Notes under the pieces: model-generated
Databases searched by the model: none
Seen by the model: only the letters and a program-made list of their open reading frames with translations
What the model was told of the DNA's origin: nothing
In this document: one piece after another, positions 35,324 to 45,322 of the stretch
How the letters are laid out: the number at the start of each line of letters is the position of its first letter
Numbering within the stretch: the stretch's first letter is position 1
Assembly (NCBI GenBank): GCA_040003795.1
Contig: JBDUBV010000001.1
Span: forward strand, 1 to 45,692
DNA: 45,692 bases
Source: Pseudonocardiales bacterium
Lineage (GTDB): Bacteria; Actinomycetota; Actinomycetes; Mycobacteriales; QHCA01
Reading direction: 5' to 3'
Made by a program: the position numbers and the translations under genes

Positions 35324-37114
35324 TCACGAGTAGATCGCAGCTACCTCGTCGGCGTACTGCTTGAGGACGACCGCTCGCTTGAGGCTGAGCTTGGGAGTCA
35401 GCTCGCCGCCTTCGAGGGTGAAGTCGTCGGCCAGGATGACGAACTTCTTGATCGCCTCGGCCTGCGACACCGCTCTGTTGGTCTCGTCGACCCCTTTCTG
35501 GATCTCGGTGCGCAGGTCGGGGTCCTCGCGCAGGTCGCCGACCGAGGCATCGGCCGGCTTGCTGTTGCGCTGCTTCCAGCCGGGGAACGCGTCCAGGTCG
35601 ATGGTCACCAGGCACCCGATGAACGGCTCCGCATCGCCGACGACCATGCACTGGCTGATCAGCGCATGCCGGCGCAGACGATCCTCCAGTACGGCCGGCG
35701 CGACGTTCTTGCCGGCCGCGGTGACGATCAGCTCCTTCTTGCGGCCGGTGATCTTGAGGTACCCGTCGTCGTCGATCTCGCCGAGGTCGCCGGTGCGGAA
35801 CCAGCCGTCGGCGGACAGCGCCGCGGCCGAGGCCTGCGGGTTGTGCCAGTAGCCGCGAAAGATGTTGTCGCCCTTGAGCAGGATCTCGCCGTCGTCGCCG
35901 ATGCGCACCGAGATGCCCGGCACGGGCCGCCCGACCGTGCCGATCTTGACGGCCCCCTCGATGTTGAGACATCCACCGGCGGTGGTCTCGGTCAGCCCGT
36001 AGCCCTCGAAGACGGTCACCCCGATGCCGCGGTAGAAGTGCCCGAGTCGCTCGCCCAGCGGGGCGCCGCCGGAGATCGCCGAGACGCACCGCCCCCCGAG
36101 GGCCGCCCGCAGTCTGCCGTAGACCAGCTTGTCGAACAGCGCGTGCTGCGCGCGCAGCGCCAGGCCTGGGCCGCCGGTCTCCAGCGCCCGGCTGTACGCG
36201 ACGGCGACCTGCTCTGCCTTGTCGAATGCACCGCCCTTGCCGCCGTCGTGCGCCCGCTGTTTGGAGACGTTGTAGACCTTCTCGAAGACTCGGGGCACCG
36301 CGAGCAGGAACGTCGGCTTGAAGGCCGCGAGGTCGGGCAGCAGGTTCTTGACGTCGGCGGTGTGGCCCAGCCGCGTCCGGGTGTCGACCACCCCCGCCTG
36401 GATCATCCGGGCGAAGACGTGCGCTAGTGGCAGGAAAAGCAGCGTGGACCCGTCAGGGTTGAACATCGACTTCAGGCTCTCGACAGTGGTCGCTACCTGG
36501 AACAGCATGTTGCGGTGGGTGAGCTCACAGCCCTTGGGCCGCCCGGTGGTCCCGCTGGTGTAGATGATGGTGGCCAGGCTCTCCGGCGTGGCCAGCCGGC
36601 GGCGCGCGTCGACCTCTTGGTCGGCGACGTCGCGGCCCAGCGCACGAAGCGTTCCGACCGCGTCGGCCTCGACCTGCCACACCTCCCGCACGGCTGGGAT
36701 CTCGCTGCGGACGGAGTTCACGACCGCCGCGTGCTCGGCCGTCTCGACGATGACCGCGACCGATCCGGAGTCCCCGAGATTCCATGCAACCTGCTCGGCG
36801 CTGCTCGTCTCGTAGACCGGCACGGTCACCCCGCCGGCCGCCCAGATGCCGTAGTCGGCGAGTGTCCACTCGTAGCGGGTCTTGCTCATCAGCCCGACGC
36901 GGTCACCGGGCTGCACCCCGCTGGCGATCAGCCCCTTGGCCACTGCGGTGACCTCGTCGCGGAACGTCGCGGCGGTGACGTCCTGCCACACGTCGTCGAC
37001 CCTGCGGTTGAACACGACATGGTCGGGGAACTCGGCAGCGTTGACCCACACGGCGTCGGTGAGGTTGGACTCCGGATCCACCTTGACGGTGGCGGGGACG
37101 CTGAACTCGTGCAC
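35324..37114 (-). CDS. fadD15: long-chain fatty-acid--CoA ligase (FadD15-like)
   Basis: The AMP-binding motif is IIYTSGTTGRPKG, with GYGLTET, TGDLGEIDDDGYLKITGRKKELI and the typical long-chain ACS tail KLSLKR. The position is syntenic with Rv2187. Confidence 0.9.
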   Translation of the reverse strand: MHEFSVPATVKVDPESNLTDAVWVNAAEFPDHVVFNRRVDDVWQDVTAATFRDEVTAVAKGLIASGVQPGDRVGLMSKTRYEWTLADYGIWAAGGVTVPVYETSSAEQVAWNLGDSGSVAVIVETAEHAAVVNSVRSEIPAVREVWQVEADAVGTLRALGRDVADQEVDARRRLATPESLATIIYTSGTTGRPKGCELTHRNMLFQVATTVESLKSMFNPDGSTLLFLPLAHVFARMIQAGVVDTRTRLGHTADVKNLLPDLAAFKPTFLLAVPRVFEKVYNVSKQRAHDGGKGGAFDKAEQVAVAYSRALETGGPGLALRAQHALFDKLVYGRLRAALGGRCVSAISGGAPLGERLGHFYRGIGVTVFEGYGLTETTAGGCLNIEGAVKIGTVGRPVPGISVRIGDDGEILLKGDNIFRGYWHNPQASAAALSADGWFRTGDLGEIDDDGYLKITGRKKELIVTAAGKNVAPAVLEDRLRRHALISQCMVVGDAEPFIGCLVTIDLDAFPGWKQRNSKPADASVGDLREDPDLRTEIQKGVDETNRAVSQAEAIKKFVILADDFTLEGGELTPKLSLKRAVVLKQYADEVAAIYS

Positions 37115-37191
37115 GTCGGCCCTACTTCCGCGGCAACTGTGACTTGGCTGGCGTGCCAGACGCTACCGGCCCGCCGTGGCATTCTCACCCG

Positions 37192-37578
37192 ATGCCGCAG
37201 GTCGATCTCATCAGCGCCAACTTTGTCGTGGCCGACCCGGCCACGGTGGCTGCTGCCGTGCACGACGAAGGGCTGTGGGCGGACCTGTGGCCCCGGTTGG
37301 ACCTCACGGTCGGTCAGGACCGGGGCGTGAAGGGCATCCGGTGGACCTGCTCGGGCCCCCTGGTGGGCAGCTGCGAAGTGTGGCTCGAGGCCTATGGCGA
37401 CGGCGTGATCGTGCACTGCTACCTGCGGGCGGAGCGGGTCTCCCGGAGAGAGGGCAGGCGCCGCCAGAGGCAGGTCAACCGGGTGCTGTTCGCGCTCAAG
37501 GACTCACTCGAAGGCGGCCGCCCGGCGGGAACCGGCCGGTCAAGTGCAGGTGATGATCTGCCGATCCCGCAGAGGTGA
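37192..37578 (+). CDS. conserved hypothetical protein (possibly SRPBCC-like; Rv2186c position)
   Basis: 128 aa from the ATG at 37192: MPQVDLISANFVVADPATVAAAVHDEGLWADLWP. The assignment rests on synteny and weak pattern only. Confidence 0.45.
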   Translation: MPQVDLISANFVVADPATVAAAVHDEGLWADLWPRLDLTVGQDRGVKGIRWTCSGPLVGSCEVWLEAYGDGVIVHCYLRAERVSRREGRRRQRQVNRVLFALKDSLEGGRPAGTGRSSAGDDLPIPQR

Positions 37579-37943
37579 GCACGTCACGGTGCCCGTCGTG
37601 CGGGGCTGCCCTGCGTCCCGCCGCCCCGTGGTGCCTGCTGTGCCACCGCGACCTGCGGCCGGCGCCCCAGCCGCTACTCACGACCGGCCGGAGCCAGCAG
37701 GGCTGGCCGTGCGCGGCGTGCGGGGCCGCCAACCCCATCGAGGCGACGGTGTGCGGCGCCTGCGGTGCCGGCTTCCTCGCGGGCCTTCGGGACGAGACCG
37801 GCACGAGGGTGCGGCTGCCGTGGGTGGGTGGGCTCACGCGGCTCGGCCGGTCGGCCCGCGCGGGCCTCGCGGTGGGCGTCGGCCTGGCCGGGGCGCTCGC
37901 TGTGTGCGGGCTGCTGGTGCTGTTGGGCAAGGTGCTCGGCTGA
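37575..37943 (+). CDS. double zinc-ribbon protein with a C-terminal TM anchor
   Basis: CPSCGA...CLLC and CAACGA...CGACG, then the TM segment GLAVGVGLAGALAVCGLLVLLG. GTGA-type overlap with the upstream gene. Confidence 0.5.
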   Translation: MSTSRCPSCGAALRPAAPWCLLCHRDLRPAPQPLLTTGRSQQGWPCAACGAANPIEATVCGACGAGFLAGLRDETGTRVRLPWVGGLTRLGRSARAGLAVGVGLAGALAVCGLLVLLGKVLG

Positions 37944-37967
37944 GCGGGCCGCGCCTAGGCTCGGCCC

Positions 37968-38735
37968 GTGCGGGTTCATGTGGTCTCCGACGTCCACGGC
38001 AGCGTCGATGCCCTGGCGCGCGCCGGGGACGGGGCGGACGCCCTGGTGGTCCTGGGCGACCTCATCTGCTTCATCGACTATGCCGATCACGGCGTGGGGA
38101 TCATGGGCGAGTTGTTCGGCGCCGAGGCGGTCGGCAGGCTGGTCGAACTGCGCACCGCCCAGCATTTCGAGGCCGCGCGCGAATGGTCGAGCGGCCTGTG
38201 GTCACGGCTGGGTGGGGACCGCAGGGCGATCATCGAAGATGCCGTACGCCGGCAGTATGCCGCGATGTTCGCCGTTCTGCCCACCCCGACCTACATGACG
38301 TACGGCAACGTGGACGTGCCGCGGTTGTGGCAGGAGTTCGCCCGGGACGGCGTGCAGGTCCTCGACGGGCAGTCCACGGAGATCGGCGGGCGGCTGTTCG
38401 GGTTCGTCGGTGGCGGCCTGCGTACCCCGTACAACACGCCGTACGAGGTCGATGACGACACCTATGCCGCCAAGGTGGCCCGGGTGGGGGCGGTCGATGT
38501 GCTGTGCAGCCACATCCCGCCGGAGGTGCCCGACCTGCTCTACGACGTGGCGGCGCGGCGCTTCGAGCGGGGCAGCGCGGCCCTGCTCGACTCCATCACG
38601 CGGACGCAGCCGGCGACTGTGCTGTTCGGCCATGTGCACCAGCCACTGCACGCCCGGCGGCGGATCGGCCGGAGCGAATGCGTCAACGTCGGGCATTTCC
38701 GCGGCTCCGGGCGGCCGTTCGCGCTGACCTGGTGA
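37968..38735 (+). CDS. metallophosphoesterase (calcineurin-like)
   Basis: VHVVSDVHGS, VVLGDL, YGNVD and LFGHVHQP are the canonical MPE metal-ligand blocks. Confidence 0.8.
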   Translation: MRVHVVSDVHGSVDALARAGDGADALVVLGDLICFIDYADHGVGIMGELFGAEAVGRLVELRTAQHFEAAREWSSGLWSRLGGDRRAIIEDAVRRQYAAMFAVLPTPTYMTYGNVDVPRLWQEFARDGVQVLDGQSTEIGGRLFGFVGGGLRTPYNTPYEVDDDTYAAKVARVGAVDVLCSHIPPEVPDLLYDVAARRFERGSAALLDSITRTQPATVLFGHVHQPLHARRRIGRSECVNVGHFRGSGRPFALTW

Positions 38736-38757
38736 GGACCGCCGTTACGATCCGGCC

Positions 38758-39192
38758 ATGGCAGAGAAGTCCCAGCAGTCCATCTCCATCGCGGCCCCGG
38801 CCGAGGCCGTCATGGCGGTGATCGCCGACTTCCCCTCGTACCCGGAGTGGGCGGCCTCGGTCAAGCGGGTCGAGGTGCTGGAGGAGTACGACGACGGCTA
38901 CGCCAGCCAGGTGCGGTTCGTCATCGACGCGGGGGTGGTGAGGGACGACTACACGCTGGCCTACGAGTGGGCCGAGGACGGCTCCTGGGTGTCCTGGACG
39001 TTGGTCGAGTCCATGATGATGAAGAGTCAGGACGGCTCCTACGAGCTCGCCGAGGGTGAGGGGTGGACCCAGGTGACCTACACCCTGGGCGTGGAGACGA
39101 ACACGCCGATGCTGGGCCTGCTGCGCCGCAAGGGCGAGCGGATGATCATGGACATCGCGTTGAAGGAGCTCAAGAAGCGGGTCGAGAGCTGA
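38758..39192 (+). CDS. SRPBCC (polyketide cyclase/dehydrase-like) protein, TB16.3/Rv2185c-like
   Basis: 144 aa: SISIAAPAEAVMAVIADFPSYPEWAASVKRVEVLE. This is the typical SRPBCC N-terminus, and the position is syntenic. Confidence 0.75.
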   Translation: MAEKSQQSISIAAPAEAVMAVIADFPSYPEWAASVKRVEVLEEYDDGYASQVRFVIDAGVVRDDYTLAYEWAEDGSWVSWTLVESMMMKSQDGSYELAEGEGWTQVTYTLGVETNTPMLGLLRRKGERMIMDIALKELKKRVES

Positions 39193-39199
39193 TCACGCG

Positions 39200-40144
39200 A
39201 TGAGCCTGGCCATCGGGGTGGACATCGGGGGGACCAAGGTGGCCGGCGGAGTGGTGAGCACCGACGGCACGGTGGTCGCCTCGGCCCGCCAGCCGACACC
39301 GAGCAACGACGTCGCGCTCACGGCGCGGGCGATCGCGGGCGTCGTCGCTACGTTGCGGGCCGAGCACGAGGTCGTCGCCGTCGGGGTCGGTGCCGCGGGC
39401 TGGATCGACCTCGACCGCTCCACTGTGCTGTTCGCACCCAACCTGGCCTGGCGCGACGAGCCGTTGCGGGACCGGCTGTGCGATCTGATCGGCCTGCCGG
39501 TCCTGGTCGAGAACGACGCCAATGCCGCGGCCTGGGCCGAGCAGCGCTTCGGCGCCGCGCAAGGGGAGCCGGTGGTCGTCATGGTCACCCTGGGTACGGG
39601 GATCGGCAGCGGCCTGGTGATCTCCGGCCAGATCTACCGCGGCGCCAACGGGATCGCGCCGGAGTTCGGACACATGTGCGTTGTGCCGGGCGGCCGGCGG
39701 TGCGGCTGCGGCAACCGCGGCTGCTGGGAGCAGTACGCCAGCGGCAAGGCGCTGGGGCGCGAGGCGCGTGACATCGCCTCCGGTGCACCGCTGTCAGCCG
39801 AGGGACTGCTGGCGGCTGCCGACGGCGACATCGCCCGGATCGACGGGCCTACCGTCACCGCCGCCGCCCTGGCCGGTGATCCGGCGGCCGCCGAGTGCTT
39901 CGACGAGGTCGGCCGGTGGCTCGGCGTGGGCCTTGCGTCACTGGCCGCTGCGCTCGACCCCAGCTGTTTCGTCGTCGGGGGCGGGGTGGCCGAGGCCGGG
40001 GCCTTGCTGCTCGACCCGGCCCGCCGGTCGTTCGAGTCGACACTGCCCGGCCGCGGCTACCGGCCGATGCCCGAGGTCCGCCTGGCAGGGCTCGGCAACT
40101 CCGCCGGTCTGATCGGCGTCGCGGACCTCGCCCGGCGCGGCTGA
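39200..40144 (+). CDS. glk: ROK family glucokinase
   Basis: IGVDIGGTKVAGGVV, ENDANAAAWAE and the ROK zinc motif GHMCVVPGGRRCGCGNRGCWEQYASG. Confidence 0.9.
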   Translation: MSLAIGVDIGGTKVAGGVVSTDGTVVASARQPTPSNDVALTARAIAGVVATLRAEHEVVAVGVGAAGWIDLDRSTVLFAPNLAWRDEPLRDRLCDLIGLPVLVENDANAAAWAEQRFGAAQGEPVVVMVTLGTGIGSGLVISGQIYRGANGIAPEFGHMCVVPGGRRCGCGNRGCWEQYASGKALGREARDIASGAPLSAEGLLAAADGDIARIDGPTVTAAALAGDPAAAECFDEVGRWLGVGLASLAAALDPSCFVVGGGVAEAGALLLDPARRSFESTLPGRGYRPMPEVRLAGLGNSAGLIGVADLARRG

Positions 40145-41082
40145 TGCGGGTGGTCGTCGCCCTCGGCGGCAATGCACTGAGCCCGGCCCGAAGTATCGGA
40201 TCTGCCGAGGAGATCCGCGCCGCGCTGGTCCGCACGAGCGCGGTCCTCGCCGAGTTGGTCGCCCGCGAGGTCTCCCTGCTGATCACGCACGGCAATGGTC
40301 CTCAGGTGGGCCGGATCCTGCTGCAGCAGGAGGCAGCCGCTCCTGCCGTGCCGCCGATGCCGATGGACGTGTGCGGTGCAGAGAGCCAGGGTCAGATCGG
40401 CTACCTGCTCGCCCAGGCGCTCGACGGGGAGCTGCGGGCCAGGGGGCTGCCGCAGCGCGCCCTCTGCCTGATCACCCAGGTCGTCGTGGACGGCCGCGAC
40501 CCTGCCTTCCGGCGGCCTACCAAGCCTGTCGGGCCGTACTACGACGAGCCCGCGGCCCACCGCATCGCCGCCGAGTCGGGGCACGTCTTCCTGCCGGTGG
40601 AGGGCGACCGGTGGCGACGGGTGGTCGCCTCCCCTTTGCCGCTGGGACTGGTCGAGGCGGCGGTGCTGCCCTCGCTGGTCGAGACCGGCCAGGTCCTCGT
40701 CGTGGGCGGTGGGGGCGGCGTCCCTGTGGTCGAGGACGGCCACGCCATCCGAGGAGTCGAGGCCGTCGTGGACAAGGACCGCACCGCAGCCCTGCTCGCC
40801 CAAATGGTCGGCGCCGATCTGCTGCTGATCCTCACCGAGGTGCCCCGCGTTCAGGTGGGGTTCGGGACGCCATCGGCCCGGTCGCTGAGCTTCCTCACCG
40901 TCGCCGAGGCGCTACGGCTGCTGGCGGCCGGGGAGTTCCCAACCGGGTCGATGGGCCCGAAGGTGCAGGCATGCTGCGACTTCGTGCTCTCCGGGGGGTC
41001 CCGAGCGGTCATCGGGGCGCTCGACGAGGCCGTGGACGTGGTCTTCGGTACGGCGGGAACCTCGATCACGCCGGACGGGTAG
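40144..41082 (+). CDS. arcC: carbamate kinase
   Basis: MRVVVALGGNAL, ITHGNGPQVG, PTKPVGPYY, VVGGGGGVPVV, EAVVDKD and FPTGSMGPKV. TGATG overlap with the glk stop. Confidence 0.9.
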   Translation: MRVVVALGGNALSPARSIGSAEEIRAALVRTSAVLAELVAREVSLLITHGNGPQVGRILLQQEAAAPAVPPMPMDVCGAESQGQIGYLLAQALDGELRARGLPQRALCLITQVVVDGRDPAFRRPTKPVGPYYDEPAAHRIAAESGHVFLPVEGDRWRRVVASPLPLGLVEAAVLPSLVETGQVLVVGGGGGVPVVEDGHAIRGVEAVVDKDRTAALLAQMVGADLLLILTEVPRVQVGFGTPSARSLSFLTVAEALRLLAAGEFPTGSMGPKVQACCDFVLSGGSRAVIGALDEAVDVVFGTAGTSITPDG

Positions 41083-41091
41083 CGTCGCCCG

Positions 41092-41739
41092 GTGCCCGCG
41101 CTGAGAGTTCTGTCATACAACATGCGTTCCCTGCGCGACGACCCCGCGGCGCTGGTCCGCGTGGTCCGCGGCGCAGCGCCCGACGTCGTGTGCGTCCAGG
41201 AGGCCCCCAAGTGGTGGCGCTGGCGCAGTCGGTGCGCTGAGCTGGCCCGCAGGTGTGACCTGTTCTTCGTGACCGGTGGGCTGCCGGCTGGCAACAACAT
41301 TCTGATGAGCACCGTGGCGGTGGGTGTGGAGGCCACCGCTGATTCCCTGTTCACCCGCCGTTTCGGCCTGCACCAGCGTGGGACGGCAACCGCGATGTGC
41401 TCGCTGGACGGTGCCCGCTTCCGGCTGGTCAGTACTCACCTGGACATGGCGGCGCCGGACCGCCGGTTGCATGTTGAGGAGATCTTCGTCGCTCTCGGGC
41501 CGCTGTCCGAGCCGGTGATCCTGGGCGCCGACGTCAACGAGCACCCGGGTGAGCCGGCCTGGGAGGCCCTGGCCGCCGTGCTGCCGGAGTCAGGGGCCGG
41601 CACCCTCGCCCGGCGCATCGACGGGGTGTTCCTGAGCCCGTCGATCCGGGTGCTCTCGGCGGCCGTACTGGATTCGCCCGACGTACGGATAGCCAGTGAC
41701 CACCGGCCGCTGTTGGTGGAGTGCGAGTTACCCCTGTGA
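41092..41739 (+). CDS. endonuclease/exonuclease/phosphatase (EEP) family protein
   Basis: LRVLSYNMRS, DVVCVQEA and the C-terminal ASDHRPLLVE. Confidence 0.8.
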   Translation: MPALRVLSYNMRSLRDDPAALVRVVRGAAPDVVCVQEAPKWWRWRSRCAELARRCDLFFVTGGLPAGNNILMSTVAVGVEATADSLFTRRFGLHQRGTATAMCSLDGARFRLVSTHLDMAAPDRRLHVEEIFVALGPLSEPVILGADVNEHPGEPAWEALAAVLPESGAGTLARRIDGVFLSPSIRVLSAAVLDSPDVRIASDHRPLLVECELPL

Positions 41740-42963
41740 CCCGGCGAAGGCGGGAACGAGCTCGCGGGCGAGTTGTTCGAGGAACAACCCGATGTCGGTG
41801 ACGATGCCGACGGCCTGCGCCGACCCCCGGTCGGCCAGCTTGGTCACGGTGGCGGGGTTGATGTCGACACAGACGAGCGGCACCGACGCGGGCAGGATGT
41901 TGCCGGTCGCGATCGAGTGCAACATGGTCGCGACCATGATCGCGAAGCCCACGCCGGGCAGCTCGGCGCGCATCGCCCGCTGGCCCTCCACGACGTCGGT
42001 GTAGACGTCGGGCAGGGGCCCGTCGTCGCGTACCGAACCAACCAGGACGAACGGGTTGCCGGCCCGCACCATGGCGTGCATCACACCGCCGTTGAGCACG
42101 CCCTGCTCGACCGCCCCCGCGATCGAGCCGCAGCCGCGGATGGTGTTGATAGCCCGGATGTGATGCTCGTGACCGTGGGGGACACCTGAGCCCATCTTGA
42201 GATCCACGCCCAGGGACGTGCCGAACAGCGCCGCCTCGATGTCGTGGGTGGCCAGCGCATTGCCGGCGAACAGGACGTCGACGTAACCGGCATCGACCAA
42301 CGCCACCATGGCGGGAGCCGCTCCGGTGTGCACCACGGCGGGGCCCCCGACCCAAAGCACCTTGAGGCCGGAGGCCCGCACGTCACGCATCTGCTGGGCG
42401 ATCTGCCTGACCAGCAACGCCTGTGGCTTCTCGCTGGAGACCGCGGAGGACATGAAGCCGAAGCTGCCCTCAGGGGCGGCCACCTGCTTCGGCAGCGTCA
42501 CCCTGACACCGGAGGCACCGCAGACGATCTGATCGCCTGCGCAGACATCGGACACCGGGACGGTCTCGACGCCGCCGCCGACCACCCGCAGGCCACAGTC
42601 CATCTCGGGGTGCGCCACAGACAGCCACCCACCGTTGAGCCGGACGGCGGTGTCGAGGTTGGTGGTCGAGTAGAAATCCTCGGGGAACACTCCGTCGCGC
42701 GGTGCCGGTCGCAGCGTGGCGATCCCGGGATCGACCAGGTTGACCCCGTGAACCTGCACCCGCATCAGCAGCCGCTGCAGCAACTCTTCGTCGGCAGCGC
42801 CGATCAGCAGCCGCGCGTAGGACTCGTCCTCGTGCTCCCGGCCGAGATCCAGGCGGTCGACCCGGTAGTCACCGCCGTACTCCAGCACGTCGTCGAGGAC
42901 GCGGGCCAGGACGCCCGAGTCCAGTAGGTGACCACGGGTCTCGACGAACTCCTCGAACAGCAC
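41728..42963 (-). CDS. TIGR00300 / LOR-SDH conserved-domain protein (archaeal-type ornithine cyclodeaminase-like)
   Basis: 411 aa: FVETRGHLLDSGVLARVLDDVLEYGGDY..., VLWVGGPAVVHTGA, LFAGNALATHD, HGHEHHIRAIN. I recognise the family from memory. Its 3' end overlaps the EEP gene's 3' end by 12 nt. Confidence 0.7.
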   Translation of the reverse strand: MLFEEFVETRGHLLDSGVLARVLDDVLEYGGDYRVDRLDLGREHEDESYARLLIGAADEELLQRLLMRVQVHGVNLVDPGIATLRPAPRDGVFPEDFYSTTNLDTAVRLNGGWLSVAHPEMDCGLRVVGGGVETVPVSDVCAGDQIVCGASGVRVTLPKQVAAPEGSFGFMSSAVSSEKPQALLVRQIAQQMRDVRASGLKVLWVGGPAVVHTGAAPAMVALVDAGYVDVLFAGNALATHDIEAALFGTSLGVDLKMGSGVPHGHEHHIRAINTIRGCGSIAGAVEQGVLNGGVMHAMVRAGNPFVLVGSVRDDGPLPDVYTDVVEGQRAMRAELPGVGFAIMVATMLHSIATGNILPASVPLVCVDINPATVTKLADRGSAQAVGIVTDIGLFLEQLARELVPAFAGSQG

Positions 42964-42980
42964 TATCGCAGGGTAGGCGC

Positions 42981-43712
<732 letters not shown>

Positions 43713-43718
43713 GGCTCC

Positions 43719-44471
43719 TCAAGCCACCGCTGCGTGGGCGCGCACGAAGTCGATGCTGCCGGCGAAGATAGCCGGCGCGTCGTTGTCGAGGGTGGCCACG
43801 TGGAAGCTGTCCTCGAGGATGACCTCGCGTACCTGGGTGGAGGAGGCACCATCGAGCAACAGGCGTCCCGAGACCGGCTCGACGACGTGGTCGGTGCGGC
43901 TGCGGAAGGTCAGGATCGGGGCCGTGAGCTCGGCCAGGTCAGCACGGGTAACGGCCCACAGCTTCGACAGCGAGTAGGCGGCCTTGAGCGGGGTGCGCTC
44001 GTATGCCAGCTCGGTGACGCCGGCCTTCTTGATGTCGCTGCCGATGCCGGGGACCGACGGCACGACCCAGGACAGCACCGAGAGCAGCTTGGCGTCCTTG
44101 CGCTCGGTGGCCAGCGACGGGTTGACCACCACCAGACCGGCCACGTCGGGCGCGCGTTGCTCGCCGAGGCGCAGGCACAGGGTGCCGCCCATGGACAGGC
44201 CCATCGCGAAGACGGTCGGCACCCGGGCCAGCATCTCGTCGAAGGCGTGTTCGAGCTCGGCGTACCAGTCCTGCCACTTGGTGGAGTTCATGTCCTGCCA
44301 TCGGGTGCCGTGGCCGGGCAGGCGCGGGCAGCGTACGGCGATGCCGGCTTCGGCCAGGTGCTCGCCCCACGGCCGCATGCTGGCCGGAGTGCCGGTGAAA
44401 CCGTGGCACAGGACGACCCCGACCCTGCCGTCGGGAGCCCCGTCGAGGGCAAACGGCTCCGCCCCGGGCAT
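43719..44471 (-). CDS. alpha/beta hydrolase (monoacylglycerol lipase / carboxylesterase-like)
   Basis: VVLCHGFTGTP and the nucleophile elbow GLSMGG. I chose the ATG at 44471 (MPGAEPF). Confidence 0.8.
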   Translation of the reverse strand: MPGAEPFALDGAPDGRVGVVLCHGFTGTPASMRPWGEHLAEAGIAVRCPRLPGHGTRWQDMNSTKWQDWYAELEHAFDEMLARVPTVFAMGLSMGGTLCLRLGEQRAPDVAGLVVVNPSLATERKDAKLLSVLSWVVPSVPGIGSDIKKAGVTELAYERTPLKAAYSLSKLWAVTRADLAELTAPILTFRSRTDHVVEPVSGRLLLDGASSTQVREVILEDSFHVATLDNDAPAIFAGSIDFVRAHAAVA

Positions 44472-44602
44472 GATCGGCACTGCTGGCACCTCCGGTCTGG
44501 ACGTCGCCCGCCATCGTGACACGTCGCACCACCGTTGTCTGAGGTTGGCCGGGTCCGTAGTCTGGCGCCACATGAAATGGGCGGTGAGAGGGGAGTGACC
44601 CG

Positions 44603-45322
44603 GTGTTCTACTGGTTCCTCAGGTACCTCGCCCTCGGTCCGCTCCTGCGCCTGCTGTTCCGCCCCCGTGTGGAGGGCCTGGAAAACATCCCGCCGAGCGG
44701 TGCCGCAATCCTGGCCAGCAACCACCTCTCCTTCTGCGACTCGGTGTTCCTGCCGGCACTGCTCCCCAGGCGGGTCACCTTCCTGGCCAAGTCGGAGTAC
44801 TTCACCGGCACCGGCATCAAGGGCACCCTCGTGCGTTGGTTCCTGACGAGCATTGGCCAGTTGCCGATCGACCGGACCGACGCCTCGGCCGCCCGGGCCG
44901 CCCTGGAGACCGGCAAGCGTGTCCTTGCCGGGGGCAACCTTCTCGGCATCTATCCCGAGGGGACCCGGTCCCCGGACGGCCGGCTATATCGCGGCAAGAC
45001 CGGTGTGGCGCGGATGGCGTTGGAGGCAGCGGTGCCGGTCATTCCGTGCGCCATGATCGACACGGACAAGGTGCAGCCGATCGGGCGCAAGATCCCCCAC
45101 CTGGTCCGTCCCACGATCCGCATTGGCAAGCAGCTGGACTTCTCCCGCTACGAAGGCATGTCCGGTGACCGGTTCATCGAGCGCTCGATGACCGACGAGA
45201 TCATGTACGAGCTCATGGAGCTCTCCGGTCAGGAGTACGTCGACCTCTATGCGGCCAAGGTCAAGGCTGAGGGGAGCAGGGCGGCTGCCATGCCGGCGCC
45301 CCAGGAGCCTGCCGCGGCGTGA
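44603..45322 (+). CDS. plsC: 1-acyl-sn-glycerol-3-phosphate acyltransferase family protein
   Basis: The HX4D motif NHLSFCDSV, plus GIYPEGTRS and VPVIPCA. The position is syntenic with Rv2182c. GTG start. Confidence 0.85.
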   Translation: MFYWFLRYLALGPLLRLLFRPRVEGLENIPPSGAAILASNHLSFCDSVFLPALLPRRVTFLAKSEYFTGTGIKGTLVRWFLTSIGQLPIDRTDASAARAALETGKRVLAGGNLLGIYPEGTRSPDGRLYRGKTGVARMALEAAVPVIPCAMIDTDKVQPIGRKIPHLVRPTIRIGKQLDFSRYEGMSGDRFIERSMTDEIMYELMELSGQEYVDLYAAKVKAEGSRAAAMPAPQEPAAA

